Shown: positions 39,039 to 48,606, numbered from the stretch's first letter. The stretch is DNA of 64,000 bases from a virus (IMGVR_UViG_3300036831_000148:1-64000), one strand, 5' to 3'. Notes: generated from the sequence alone by a model not told the origin. Numbers and translations are program-made.

Positions 39039-39161
39039 GGGAATGCCTCTCGCATCCGGGTTCGCTCGGTTAGTCAGCGACACCCGAGCGGGTGCCCGGC
39101 CTGCGCCGCCCCCAGAGAGGGCCACATGGCTGGCCTGACCGCCGTGAGGCGGTTACCGTGC

Positions 39162-39542
39162 CTAATCGGCAAGCATGCGCAGCAGGCGCCTCCAGCGCGC
39201 CCGCAGCCGGTACAGCGGCCACACCACCCTGCGCTTCACCTGGCGGCGCAGCCGCTGGGCCGGCGTGTACTTCCCGTGCCCGATGTGAACGTGCGGCTCG
39301 GCGGTCCGGCCCGCGCTCCAGTCCGGGCCCCAGCGGCAGGTGTACGGCTGCAGGGAGTCCGCCCGGCGCTCGCGCAGCCAGATGCGGGCGATCACCAGCC
39401 ACGCGCGCCAGCGCGAGTGGTAGCGCCGCTTGCCGCAGTGTGCCGCCCGCCAGTCTCCGTACCGGTGGTGCCTCACACCCAGAATGTACGGGGGAGGTAT
39501 CACAGGGCTGAGGCCCCCGGCAGGCGGAGCCGGGGGCCTCAC
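39162..39542 (-). CDS. Arg-rich hypothetical protein
   Basis: CGKRRY...Y.C...H.HIGH motif; start uncertain. Confidence 0.4.
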   Translation of the reverse strand: MRPPAPPAGGLSPVIPPPYILGVRHHRYGDWRAAHCGKRRYHSRWRAWLVIARIWLRERRADSLQPYTCRWGPDWSAGRTAEPHVHIGHGKYTPAQRLRRQVKRRVVWPLYRLRARWRRLLRMLAD

Positions 39543-39567
39543 TGGCGGCGCGGGCCGCCAGTTCGCA

Positions 39568-40251
39568 CTAGAAGATGAACGCGTTCACCCCGACGCCGGT
39601 CGGCACGACGCCCGCGTTCGACGGCGGGACGCCGTCCATCGGGCCGCCGGGGAAGGCGTCCGGCACGGCGGACACCCCGCCGCCGTACGGCACGTAGCGC
39701 GCGCCCAGCAGGCTGATGACCTGGCCGGCGCCGGAGCCGAGGCCCTGGCCGTTGATGATGTTGGTGGCGTCGGTGCCGGACACCACGTTGCCGTTGAGGA
39801 TCCCGCGCACCACCATGTTGCCCAGGCAGTCGGTGGCCACCTTGCCCGCCGGGGACGCCGGGAACACGATGGAGCCGCCGGCGAGGGTGATGGCGTCCGG
39901 GTTCACCCCGTTGGTGCCGGAGTTGTAGGCGCTCAGCGAGGCCGCCCCCGCCCCGCCGGTGTCGCGCGCGTCGCGCAGCACGCCCACCGGGATCTGCCGC
40001 CCGTCGGTGGCCCCCGCCTGGTAGGAGAAGTACCGCCCGGACGCCACGTGCCGGGCGATGACGCACCCAGTGGGCAGCAGGCCCTGGCCCGCCGCGAGGG
40101 TGACCCCCCGCTGGGTGAAGCCGGCGTAGCTGAGCAGCAGCTCCTGTACGGCTTCAGCGTGGAACTCGTCGCCGAACCCGGAGCCGTACTCGTGGGTCGG
40201 CTTGACGTACCCGGGGACGTAATCAAACTCGCTAGAGTCGCCGCTAGGCAT
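39568..40251 (-). CDS. Head decoration protein
   Basis: GVTLAAGQG.L..G.VIA...Y...ATDGRQ..VGVL (lambda D/HDPD-like); position. Confidence 0.75.
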   Translation of the reverse strand: MPSGDSSEFDYVPGYVKPTHEYGSGFGDEFHAEAVQELLLSYAGFTQRGVTLAAGQGLLPTGCVIARHVASGRYFSYQAGATDGRQIPVGVLRDARDTGGAGAASLSAYNSGTNGVNPDAITLAGGSIVFPASPAGKVATDCLGNMVVRGILNGNVVSGTDATNIINGQGLGSGAGQVISLLGARYVPYGGGVSAVPDAFPGGPMDGVPPSNAGVVPTGVGVNAFIF

Positions 40252-40281
40252 CTGCCGTGCTCCTCGCTCTGCCTACCCCGG

Positions 40282-41403
40282 TTACTTCCGGGACCCGTCG
40301 GGGGTGAAGAACTCCGCGTGCTGCGCGGTGAGCCGCGCCACCTCGGCGTCGATGTCCTCTTCCTGGCGCTGCTCGCCATCGGGCCCGCCGACGCCCTTCT
40401 GCGCGGCCAGTTGGACGTAAGGGCGGTCGGCCGGGGCGACGATCGCGTCCAGGCCCGGCCGGTTGGTGAGCGCCATCTGGACGGCGACCTCGCGCGCCTT
40501 GGGCAGCAGCCGCCCGGTGCCGATGTAGCCGTCCACCTCGGTCTCGGCGGCGGCCAGCTTCAGCTCGTCCACCTCGCCGCGCAGGCTGGTGTTGGACTGC
40601 GCGAGCTCTACCACGGCGGCGGTCACGTCGGACAGCGACACCTGGCCGGGGTCGTCGCTGGCGGCGAGGCGGACCGCGCCCGCCTCCTGCAGCGCGGAGA
40701 CGATCGCGGCTGAAAGCGCGGCGCTGTCGGCCGCGGGCGGCACGGCGGCAGCCTGCAGGGCCGTGACGTCGATGCCGTGCTCGTCCTTCAGAGCGGCGAG
40801 CAGCTCGTCCTTGGTCATCTGCACGGTTTCCTCCGGCGCGGCGGTGAGTACGACCACTTCGCCGGGGTTATCGGCCGAGGCGGCGAGGACTTCCCTGTAG
40901 TCCTCCAGCCCGGTCACGTACGGCCGGTTGGTGACCGCGACGTGAAGCAGCGTCGGCCCTACCTTGGTGTTGGTCGCGCTGTCGGTGTAGTTGGTCGACA
41001 GGTACGCGCTGGCGCCCAGGTAGGTCTTGCCGAACTTCTCCGCGTCCGCGCGGGCGTCGATCAGCGCGTAGACCTTGCCGGCCCGCTCGCGGATGCCGAC
41101 CACCTCGCCCAGGTTCGCGCCGGGGCTCTCCACGTGCTCGTTCTTGTCGTTGGCGAGCGGGACCTGCACGATGTCGCAGTAGCCCTTGGTGAAGTTGTCC
41201 TGCATCGCGGCGACGAACGCGTCGTCGATGCGGATCTTCTCGCCGGTCTTCGGGTGCAGCAGCACGCCCTTGTTCAGGATGTGCTTCTCGTACAGCTTCC
41301 CCTGGACCCGGCGCGAGCGGGCGAGGGCCACCGGGATGTCGGCGACCGGCGCGAACGTGTCGCCGTCCGGGGCCGGCACGATGTAGCGCAGGTCATCGGC
41401 CAT
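40282..41403 (-). CDS. Capsid maturation protease/scaffold (Mu I-like)
   Basis: H...GEV...Y.S...GPTLLHVAVTNRPYV.GL followed by a coiled-coil scaffold region. Confidence 0.8.
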   Translation of the reverse strand: MADDLRYIVPAPDGDTFAPVADIPVALARSRRVQGKLYEKHILNKGVLLHPKTGEKIRIDDAFVAAMQDNFTKGYCDIVQVPLANDKNEHVESPGANLGEVVGIRERAGKVYALIDARADAEKFGKTYLGASAYLSTNYTDSATNTKVGPTLLHVAVTNRPYVTGLEDYREVLAASADNPGEVVVLTAAPEETVQMTKDELLAALKDEHGIDVTALQAAAVPPAADSAALSAAIVSALQEAGAVRLAASDDPGQVSLSDVTAAVVELAQSNTSLRGEVDELKLAAAETEVDGYIGTGRLLPKAREVAVQMALTNRPGLDAIVAPADRPYVQLAAQKGVGGPDGEQRQEEDIDAEVARLTAQHAEFFTPDGSRK

Positions 41404-41409
41404 GCGCTC

Positions 41410-41634
41410 CTAATCGGACCGCCGGGCACTGCGGCTGTAGGCGGGCACCTGGGCCATCAGGGCCTCTGCGGCGGCGCCCATCATCTGCGCCGCGCGCTCC
41501 GGGTCGCGGGCCGCCTCGGCGGCCGCCTCGTCCACCTGCGCCGCGGCGTCGTCCAGCCCGGCGGCACGCAGGCGCGCGGCCATCTCGGCGGCCAGCGCGA
41601 GCGCGCCGGGGTCCGGGGGGCTGGGCTTCGGCAT
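41410..41634 (-). CDS. Small Ala-rich protein
   Basis: GAGGAGG RBS. Confidence 0.5.
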   Translation of the reverse strand: MPKPSPPDPGALALAAEMAARLRAAGLDDAAAQVDEAAAEAARDPERAAQMMGAAAEALMAQVPAYSRSARRSD

Positions 41635-41714
41635 GCGGCCTCCTCGCTTGACTTGAGTCTAGAGACTAGGGCAAGATAGCTGGCGTTGCACTTTTCATCG
41701 ACTACGGCAGGAGA

Positions 41715-41927
41715 ATGTGCATGACAGCAAAGCCGGCATGGGTCAAGTCGTCCCTGAGCTTCGCGAACGGCAACTGCGTGGAGGTATCCGACCTCCCCGG
41801 CGGGGTCGTGGGCGTGCGCAACAGCCGCGACCCCGATGGCGCGGTCCTCCGCTTCACGCCGGACGAGTGGCACGCGTTCATCGGCGGCGTCCGCGGCGGC
41901 GAGTTCAGCGGGTTCGGCAACGGCTAG
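41715..41927 (+). CDS. DUF397 (BldB/Scr-family) protein
   Basis: WVKSS.S...GNCVEV...VGVRNSRDP.G.VL.F...EW.AF..GV..GEF signature. Confidence 0.9.
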   Translation: MCMTAKPAWVKSSLSFANGNCVEVSDLPGGVVGVRNSRDPDGAVLRFTPDEWHAFIGGVRGGEFSGFGNG

Positions 41928-42006
41928 CCCGCCCCGCCCTCTTCAGGAAGACCGCTGTCAGCCTCCTGGCCAGTGCCGGCCGGGGGGCTTTCCTGTTCCT
42001 GCGGCG

Positions 42007-42058
42007 CGGGGTCCTCCTCGCGTACCGCCCAGCCGGGGTCCTCCTCGCGTACCGCCCA
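42007..42058. repeat. 25-bp direct repeat, 2 copies (period 27)
   Basis: CGGGGTCCTCCTCGCGTACCGCCCA at 42007 and 42034; encodes WAVREEDP twice on the minus strand. Confidence 0.85.
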
Positions 42059-42074
42059 CTCGCTCACGCAAGGG

Positions 42075-42308
42075 CTAATCGGGCAGGTACAGCACCAGGC
42101 CCGGGATCTCCTGCAGCACCCTGGACGCCTGGTCCAGGTCAGACGGCGCGCCGGACACCACGAGCCCGCCGTCGGTCATCGACGCCGTGTCCAGCGGCCC
42201 GAACTGGTAGCGGACGCGGTGCTCCCGCGCGTACTCGAACAGCCGGAGGACAGCCAGCGCGTAGGGGACAGTGCTGTCTGCGTACCACCGGCGCGTCTCG
42301 TCAGCCAC
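42075..42308 (-). CDS. Hypothetical protein
   Basis: 77 aa; coupled to the MuF gene. Confidence 0.5.
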   Translation of the reverse strand: MADETRRWYADSTVPYALAVLRLFEYAREHRVRYQFGPLDTASMTDGGLVVSGAPSDLDQASRVLQEIPGLVLYLPD

Positions 42309-43305
42309 CGCCCCCTGCCAGCCTTTTCAGTACCTGGTCAAGCTCGTGCACCGCCGCCTCCAGGAAGGCGCGGTCTGCCTCGTACTCGTCATCGGGCATG
42401 CCCCTGACCCCGGCCGCAGACACGAACGCCGGGCGCGCGGCAGCGGCGGGGCCCGGGGATACTTCGGCAGGCTGGCCCGCCCTGACGATCTCCAGGCGGC
42501 ACCGGCAGAACGGGTGCAGCAGCGGCCCCTGAAGCCTACCGTGGTAGGGGCGGGGCGGGTGCGTGTAGACGACCCGCTCGCCCGCTGGCAGGCCGTAGCG
42601 CCGCTCTCCCTGCGGCGTCCGCACGTGCATCTCCCGGTCCTGCGGCATCGCGGCCGGGCCGCCCAGGTAGGGAGTGAACGACTCGCGCAGCCCGATCGTC
42701 ACCCCGTTCAGCTTCCGGCACCAGTGGCAGCACGACGGGCTGTCCGCGTGCGCCCGCCAGCGCTTGCGCAGATCCTCCCCGGCCGCCTCGCGCTGCAGCG
42801 CCCGCGCGAGCACCGCGGCGGCGGCCCCGGATCCCTCCGCGGTGTGCAGCGCCATCCGGGAGCGGAGCGCGACCTGGCGCCCCCAGTCCAGCAGCGCGCG
42901 GCGCACCGCGCCGGCCCGCTGCTCGGCGGCGCGCTGGGCCGGGTGCTCGCCCGGCGGGGTGACCCCGGGGACGAACCGGCGCGGGGGCACCGAGGCGTGC
43001 GCGTGCCGCACCAGGCCGCGCAGGTGGCCTATATCGCCGAAGATCCTGCCGATGTCGTCCAGCAGGTGGCCCAGCACCTCGTCGTCGCCGGTCAGGTCAT
43101 CCCCGGCGTACCAGGCCGAGCGGACTAGTTCCTCTGCCTGCTGGCGCGACTCGTCCAGGGCCTCCCGCAGCACCGCGTCGGTGTCCGGGCGGCGCAGCAG
43201 GTCGTCGGCGCTGCCCTGCGGGTTGTTGCGCGTCACCAGCGCGAGGTAGCCGGCTGCCTCGGCAACTGACTGGCGGACGGCGGCAGCCAGGTCTTCCCCG
43301 GCCAC
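42301..43305 (-). CDS. MuF-like head morphogenesis/minor capsid protein
   Basis: K.W...CCHWCRKLNG...LHPFCRCRL; downstream of the portal. Confidence 0.75.
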   Translation of the reverse strand: MAGEDLAAAVRQSVAEAAGYLALVTRNNPQGSADDLLRRPDTDAVLREALDESRQQAEELVRSAWYAGDDLTGDDEVLGHLLDDIGRIFGDIGHLRGLVRHAHASVPPRRFVPGVTPPGEHPAQRAAEQRAGAVRRALLDWGRQVALRSRMALHTAEGSGAAAAVLARALQREAAGEDLRKRWRAHADSPSCCHWCRKLNGVTIGLRESFTPYLGGPAAMPQDREMHVRTPQGERRYGLPAGERVVYTHPPRPYHGRLQGPLLHPFCRCRLEIVRAGQPAEVSPGPAAAARPAFVSAAGVRGMPDDEYEADRAFLEAAVHELDQVLKRLAGGGG

Positions 43306-43792
43306 TGGCTAACTCCGGGCTGACGTCGCCGCGGAACGAGGTGCGCCGCGCCGTCAGGGTGGTGACCTCGGTAACCCGGTAGGGGTCCTCGCCAGGGCCG
43401 TGGTTGGGGGCGTACGGGCGCACCCACTCGCGCGGCCCGGCGTCGCCGTCGGCCGCGAACGCGAACTCCTCCATCCGCTCGTGCAGGTCCACGTCGCCCA
43501 GCCGGTCGAACAGCCACCGCGTCCACGACGCCTCGTTGAAGGTGGCAGGCGGCACCGGGAAGTAGTGGTTGACCGCCATCGGCTGCGCCGGGTCGTAGGT
43601 GTTGGTGCCGGACCGCTGGACGACCAGCGTCAGCCCGCGTGACTCCCCGGCGTGGCGGCCGGGCTTGTCCCGCTGGCAGTCATCCTCCAGCCACACCTGC
43701 CAGCCCAGGTAATCCCGGTACCGCAGGCGGCTCACCAGGCCGGCCAGGGTCTCGGGGTACGGGGCGGTCTGCTGCATCTGGCGCTCGGTCAC
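43097..43792 (-). CDS. Conserved actinophage hypothetical protein
   Basis: H.FPVPPAT...W.RWLFD...HE..E.F motif; GTG lies 8 nt after CGATT; 3' end uncertain. Confidence 0.55.
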   Translation of the reverse strand: MTERQMQQTAPYPETLAGLVSRLRYRDYLGWQVWLEDDCQRDKPGRHAGESRGLTLVVQRSGTNTYDPAQPMAVNHYFPVPPATFNEASWTRWLFDRLGDVDLHERMEEFAFAADGDAGPREWVRPYAPNHGPGEDPYRVTEVTTLTARRTSFRGDVSPELASGRGRPGCRRPPVSCRGSRLPRAGDAQQPAGQRRRPAAPPGHRRGAAGGPGRVAPAGRGTSPLGLVRRG

Positions 43793-44100
43793 TGCCCGGC
43801 AATCGGCCCCTGGCCGGGGGGCTGGCCGGGCATGCCCGGCGGCGGGGTCGGGGCCAGGTGCGCGTAGGCGAGCCCGGAGATGGTGTCCCCCGGGCGGCAC
43901 ACCAGGGCTTGGCCGAGCTGCGGGTGGACGGCAGCGGCGCCCTTGGGCGCGGTCTTCGGCAGCATCGCCGGGTCAGGCGCGGCCGGGCCGGGCTGCCCTC
44001 CGGGCGGCGACACGCCCGCCGCGAGCTCGACCGCGCGCCCGGCGGCGATCTCCTCCACCAGGTCGCGGGCGAGCGCCATCATGGCGTCGTGCGCGCTCAC
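43789..44100 (-). CDS. Pro-rich hypothetical protein
   Basis: Coupled to the portal stop. Confidence 0.45.
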   Translation of the reverse strand: MSAHDAMMALARDLVEEIAAGRAVELAAGVSPPGGQPGPAAPDPAMLPKTAPKGAAAVHPQLGQALVCRPGDTISGLAYAHLAPTPPPGMPGQPPGQGPIAGQ

Positions 44101-45701
44101 GACCCGCCCAGCCCGTTCCCCTTGCCGCCCTGGCCGATGGCGCTGCCGCCCGCGGCCGACGTGCCGGTAGCCGAGGTCTGCGAGCCGACCGGCACCTTGA
44201 TGTGCACCACCGGCTGCTGCGGCGAGCCGCCCTTGCCTGCCTGGACCGGGTTCTGCGCCTGCTCCTGAGCCTGCTGAGCCTGCTGCCGCTGCTGGGTGAG
44301 CATCTGCTTCTGCTGCTTCTCGCGGTCGGCCTTGATCTTGTCGTAGTCAATGTCAAAGCCGAAGTCGCCCGCCAGCCGCTGCTCCAGTTCCAGCATGAAC
44401 TCGGGCGTGACGTTAGCCTGCTGTCCTGCTGTGGCGAGCTTATCGAAAGTATCCTGGATAGCCGCCTTGGCTTCCTCGGTAAGCGGGCCCCACTTGAACA
44501 GCGGGTACTTCCCGGAACCGAAGTTCCAGTCAACGAACCGCGGGAAGATGTGGTCGTTGATGACCTGCGCCATTTCCTCCAGGACGCCTTCCAGCATGAG
44601 GAAATAGGTGACATCGTCCTGCTTCCCGAAGTCGACTAGTGTGCTATCCCCCTGGCCCCCGCCCTGCTCGTTATCGAACCACTGAGCGAGAACGCTCTTT
44701 GACATCTGCGAATTGTGGTGGTTGATCAATCCCAGGAAGTCAAAGCGCGCCGCGGCCTCGTTGAGGGTCTGCACCGTCCAGTCGGCGGTGGGCAGCGCGA
44801 TGTACTGCGCGAGGCCCAACTGGGCGAGCGCCCGGATGAAGTTGTCCTTGTCCGCCTTCGGCGCATTCGGCACCATCGTGCCCACGCGCAGGCCCACGGC
44901 CGCCCTTTGCGCAGCCAGGTGGGCAATGTAGTACAGCTTTTCCTTCTTGTCGTAGTGGTAAAAAGCAGACTCGAACATGGAGACGCCGTAGAACGGGCGT
45001 TCGGCTTCCTCGTGCGCGTAGTACAGCCCGGTTTCTTTCGGGATCTTGACATCGATCGTCCGGCCCTGGAAGAAGGTCCGCTGCCGGAAGCCGTTCCACT
45101 CGCCCTGGCCGTCAACCAGGAAAGTCAGCGTCTCCGAGGGGCGCCAGTCGATCTTCCGCAGCGTCCACTTGCCCTTGTGCGGCCCGGTCTTCGGCTGCCA
45201 GTAGACCATCTCCCAGGCGCTGAACCCGTTGAAGAGGGCGAGCAGCATCTGCTTCACGAAACGGTCAAAGGAGTGGGTCATCCCGCCCTGCGCCCGCGGC
45301 GCGAACAGCAGGTCCTTGCAGAACTGGGCTTCCTCCACCCCGCCCACCACGCCGTCGGCGGGCACCACGTCCGCGTTCTTCATCGCGCTCAGCAGCGGCT
45401 TGGTGAGCAGCCGGTACAGCGCGCGGGCCTGGCCGTCGCGGCGCCGCATGGTGACCAGTTGCCGCACGGTCACCGGGTCGTCGCGGAAGATCTCCCACGA
45501 ATCGCGGTAGGGCGTGGAGAACGGGAGGAAGTACGGGACGCCGACCGCGAAGTTCTGCGCCTCCTCGGGCGGCTGCACCAGTTGCTGGTCGTCAGCGAGC
45601 TGGTAGCCCTCCTGGCCGTAGCCCTGGGAGGTGACGCCCATGCCGCCCGGGGGCTGCACCGTAGACGTGTACGAGCCCTGGCCGCCGCCTGGAGTGGTCA
45701 T
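44097..45701 (-). CDS. Portal protein (DUF935/Mu gp29-like)
   Basis: M.R.D.Q...ALFNGFSAWE.V...YG.SM...HHNSQMSK.VL.Q motifs; 534 aa. Confidence 0.85.
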   Translation of the reverse strand: MTTPGGGQGSYTSTVQPPGGMGVTSQGYGQEGYQLADDQQLVQPPEEAQNFAVGVPYFLPFSTPYRDSWEIFRDDPVTVRQLVTMRRRDGQARALYRLLTKPLLSAMKNADVVPADGVVGGVEEAQFCKDLLFAPRAQGGMTHSFDRFVKQMLLALFNGFSAWEMVYWQPKTGPHKGKWTLRKIDWRPSETLTFLVDGQGEWNGFRQRTFFQGRTIDVKIPKETGLYYAHEEAERPFYGVSMFESAFYHYDKKEKLYYIAHLAAQRAAVGLRVGTMVPNAPKADKDNFIRALAQLGLAQYIALPTADWTVQTLNEAAARFDFLGLINHHNSQMSKSVLAQWFDNEQGGGQGDSTLVDFGKQDDVTYFLMLEGVLEEMAQVINDHIFPRFVDWNFGSGKYPLFKWGPLTEEAKAAIQDTFDKLATAGQQANVTPEFMLELEQRLAGDFGFDIDYDKIKADREKQQKQMLTQQRQQAQQAQEQAQNPVQAGKGGSPQQPVVHIKVPVGSQTSATGTSAAGGSAIGQGGKGNGLGGS

Positions 45702-45717
45702 GCAGGGCTAATCGGGG

Positions 45718-46221
45718 TTACCTGCCAGCGCGGCGCGCCTGGGCGGCCTGGGGGCGCGTGCCCTTGCCGCGGGGCGTCTCCTCCGGCTGGTCGTCCTCCT
45801 TTTCCTCCTGCTCAGCGCGGCGCTCCCGCTCGGCCTCGTCGGCCTCGCGCTCCTGTTCGCCGCGCTCCGCGTCCGGCCGGTCCTGCGTGCCCTGGCCGGG
45901 CTGGACCTCCGGGCGGGGGCCGCCGGTGCCGGGCTCGCCCTCGTGCCGGTGCGCGCGCACGTCCTTGCCGAGGGGCGCGTCCACGATGCCCGCCAAGTTG
46001 GCCGCGCTGACGAACAGGCGGCGCCCGTCGCCCAGGAGGAGCTGCACGCCGATCAGGTTGCCGGCCTCGGCGGCGATCGACACGTCGTTGCTCGGGAGGG
46101 TCACCTCGCTGACGCCGCCCACCGGCTGCATCAGGGTAACCACGACTTCGCCCTGCTGGGCGCCGGGGACATTGCCCTGCTGGGCGCTGAACTCGTGCCA
46201 CATCGTCTGAAGGTGAACCAT
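45718..46221 (-). CDS. Hypothetical protein with a charged C-terminal tail
   Basis: ATG lies 8 nt after the CGATT motif. Confidence 0.55.
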   Translation of the reverse strand: MVHLQTMWHEFSAQQGNVPGAQQGEVVVTLMQPVGGVSEVTLPSNDVSIAAEAGNLIGVQLLLGDGRRLFVSAANLAGIVDAPLGKDVRAHRHEGEPGTGGPRPEVQPGQGTQDRPDAERGEQEREADEAERERRAEQEEKEDDQPEETPRGKGTRPQAAQARRAGR

Positions 46222-46244
46222 GCCCGCGTAATCGTCCGGGCAGC

Positions 46245-46281
46245 GCAGAGCCCCCGGCCGGAGGGGAACGGGGGCTCTGCG
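46245..46281. terminator. Hairpin terminator
   Basis: GCAGAGCCCCC...GGGGGCTCTGC inverted repeat after the secreted-protein gene. Confidence 0.6.
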
Positions 46282-46298
46282 GTCAGGCTATCCGGTTG

Positions 46299-47591
46299 TC
46301 AGCTAACGGGCGCGCCGACCAGCTCCAGGAACCCGTCGTTAACGAACTGCGTCGGGCCGAGGTAGGTCTTCCCGTTGGCATCCGACGCCACCGGGAACGC
46401 GGTCCACGCCGGGTTGCTGTAGAAGGTGCCGTGCGTCTCGGTGCCGCCCGGCAGGACAGAGTTGCCGTCAGCCAGGGTGTGGCTGAAGCCCTCCAGCTCG
46501 CTCGGGTCGGTGTTGTGGCCGTTGTACGGGTACGGCGGGGTGCCGCTCAGCGGGATGACCGTCTGGGTGTCGGCGATGGCGCCGGCGTCGGCCTCGTTGA
46601 ACGTCTTGCCTGGAATGGACACGCCGTTCTGGTAGCTGACGCCGGGGGCGCCCAGGTCGGTCGCGGAGAAGATGATCGTGCCCTGGGCGTACACGTGCCC
46701 GTGGAAAGTCGGGTGCGGGTTGGCCGCGTCGTAGAGGATGTCCAGGTCAACGGAGTTGTTGTCCGGGATTCCCGCCTTCAGCACGTCAAAGGTCGCGCCG
46801 GGGGTGTGCGCGGCCTTGAGCCAGGAAACCGACGGCACGGTACCGGCGGGCGGCTGCGGGGTACCTGCCGGCACCGTGAGAACCGAATTGACGTTGGCGC
46901 TCGTGCCCAGTTCGAATGTCGTGACACCAGACTTCACCACAGTGAAGTGGAACGTCTGGTTAGACGGGCTCGGGTGGATCGTGAACGTCGGCGACAGCAT
47001 CACGCCACCTGCAGGAATGGCCCCGCCGGGGATCACAACCGTTACCACAGCGCCAAGCGGCGGAGTCGGGCCGCTCGTCACGGTCAGGTTCGGAGACCCG
47101 GCCGTGTACGAGAGATCCGTGACCTCGTGCGTGAAGCTGAACCCGCTCGCCGAGTTGAGGCCGCTCGGGTTGACGATGCCGCCCTGGCACAGGTCGCTGT
47201 TGTTGCCAGCGGCAAGGTAGCCGGTGGCGTCTACCACGTCCATCAGGCCGCCGCCGACGTATACCAGCCCGATCTGGGCGGCCTGGCCGGTTCCCTGGTT
47301 GCACAGCCCGATGCCCGCCGCGCCGCCGATGCTCACGGTGCCGGTCACGGACGACACCGGCAGTTGCTCGATTGAGTGCTGGCCGTCCCCGCCGACCCGG
47401 CTCGCCAGGTGCGTGAAGTTGATGCTGTCGTTCTCGGCGTGGGCGTAGTAGCCGGAGATCGAGTCAGCGCCCGCCGGCGTGTACTGGACGGGGCCAACGC
47501 TGGCGCTCGCGGAGGCCGCAGCAGCCAGGCCGGCGCCCGCCACCAGGACGGGTACCGCAATGGCGGCAGCAAGCCGCCTGCCAATCTTCAT
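46299..47591 (-). CDS. Secreted beta-rich protein of unknown function
   Basis: Sec signal peptide (MKIGRR...ASASA); G/S/T/P-rich; AGGAG RBS. Confidence 0.75.
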   Translation of the reverse strand: MKIGRRLAAAIAVPVLVAGAGLAAAASASASVGPVQYTPAGADSISGYYAHAENDSINFTHLASRVGGDGQHSIEQLPVSSVTGTVSIGGAAGIGLCNQGTGQAAQIGLVYVGGGLMDVVDATGYLAAGNNSDLCQGGIVNPSGLNSASGFSFTHEVTDLSYTAGSPNLTVTSGPTPPLGAVVTVVIPGGAIPAGGVMLSPTFTIHPSPSNQTFHFTVVKSGVTTFELGTSANVNSVLTVPAGTPQPPAGTVPSVSWLKAAHTPGATFDVLKAGIPDNNSVDLDILYDAANPHPTFHGHVYAQGTIIFSATDLGAPGVSYQNGVSIPGKTFNEADAGAIADTQTVIPLSGTPPYPYNGHNTDPSELEGFSHTLADGNSVLPGGTETHGTFYSNPAWTAFPVASDANGKTYLGPTQFVNDGFLELVGAPVS

Positions 47592-47692
47592 ATGCAGCTC
47601 CTAAACAGTTGCGCCCCGCTCTAGAAGCAGGGCAACGAACCACTATGCCGCAGCCGTCACGCTCTTGCCACGAGTTAACCGAACTGTGACGC

Positions 47693-47727
47693 AAAAAGCC
47701 CCGCCAGTCCCGGAGGACGGCGGGGAA
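47693..47727 (-). terminator. Intrinsic terminator ending the tRNA array
   Basis: CCCCGCC-GTCC...GGAC-T-GGCGGGG-CTTTTT on the minus strand. Confidence 0.75.
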
Positions 47728-47845
47728 CATTGGGGCAACTGTAGCATGATGTGGCGGGAGGCCGGTTCCGATCTCTACCCGCGAAGCCGAGTCTCGTACC
47801 CGGCCTCCCGCCTCCACACTCTCCGCAGCGCGAGCATCATGCAAG

Positions 47846-47917
47846 TGACCCGGGGAGGACTCGAACCTCCATCCTCCGCTTAGGAGACGGTAGCCCTATC
47901 CATTGGGCGACCGGGCC
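47846..47917 (-). tRNA. tRNA-Arg(CCT)
   Basis: Cloverleaf; anticodon loop CT CCT AA; TTCGA T-loop. Confidence 0.85.
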
Positions 47918-47918
47918 G

Positions 47919-47995
47919 TGGAGGGAGAGCCGGGAGTCGAACCCGGATGTCACGTTTTGCAGACGTGCGCCTTGACGCGCCTCGGCCACACTCCC
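47919..47995 (-). tRNA. tRNA-Cys(GCA)
   Basis: Loop CT GCA AA; U73; encoded CCA. Confidence 0.85.
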
Positions 47996-48085
47996 ATGGA
48001 CGGGGCTGCACCTGAGTGCGGCAGCCTGCCCCGCTTTACTGGCCCACCGCTACCCGCTGCCAGGTCGCGGCGGTGAACTCAGTCG

Positions 48086-48158
48086 TGCGCCCGAAGGGAC
48101 TCGAACCCCCGACACCCGGCTTCGGAAGCCGGCGCTCTGTCCACTGAGCTACGGGCAC
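48086..48158 (-). tRNA. tRNA-Arg(CCG)
   Basis: Loop TT CCG AA. Confidence 0.9.
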
Positions 48159-48163
48159 CTGAG

Positions 48164-48246
48164 AGGCGCGTGCAGGATTCGAACCTGCGTAGGGCAGAGC
48201 CGGCTGCTTTACAGGCAGCTCCCGTTATCCGCTTGGGTAACGCGCC
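48164..48246 (-). tRNA. tRNA-Tyr(GTA)
   Basis: Loop CT GTA AA; long variable arm; atypical U73. Confidence 0.85.
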
Positions 48247-48247
48247 G

Positions 48248-48322
48248 TGGGGTTGGTAACGAGAATCGAACTCGTATATCTGGAGCCACAGTCCAGCGCT
48301 CTGCCGTTGAGCTATACCGACC
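48248..48322 (-). tRNA. tRNA-His(GTG)
   Basis: G-1 and C73; loop CT GTG GC; encoded CCA. Confidence 0.9.
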
Positions 48323-48323
48323 G

Positions 48324-48397
48324 TGTCCAGTGAGGGATTCGAACCCCCGACGCCTGCCGTGTGGAGGCAGCGCTCTCCCGGGCTGAGCTAACCGGAC
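48324..48397 (-). tRNA. tRNA-Val(CAC)
   Basis: Loop TC CAC AC. Confidence 0.85.
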
Positions 48398-48457
48398 ATG
48401 AAGGACGGCAGGGGGCTGAGCTCGAAGGCGGTGTCAGCCTGCTCACCCGTCGTCCAG

Positions 48458-48530
48458 TACACGCGAGAGGACTCGAACCTCCAACGCACGGCTCCGTAGG
48501 CCGCTGCTCTATCCGTTGAGCTACGCGTGC
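48458..48530 (-). tRNA. tRNA-Arg(ACG)
   Basis: Loop CT ACG GA. Confidence 0.9.
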
Positions 48531-48531
48531 T

Positions 48532-48606
48532 TGGTGGGCGTACCTGGTGCCGACCCAGGGACCTCGTCTGCGTCAGAGACGCGCTCTCCCGCTGAGCTAT
48601 ACGCCC
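48532..48606 (-). tRNA. tRNA-Val(GAC)
   Basis: Loop CT GAC GC; variant T-loop GTCGGCA; encoded CCA. Confidence 0.8.

Noticed and set aside
42007-42058. Direct repeat as a possible CRISPR
   Set aside because: Only two copies with a 2-bp gap and no cas genes; it is an in-frame peptide duplication.
47750-47812. SRP RNA or other known ncRNA hairpin
   Set aside because: A 13-bp stem is present but there is no SRP domain IV motif; unassigned.
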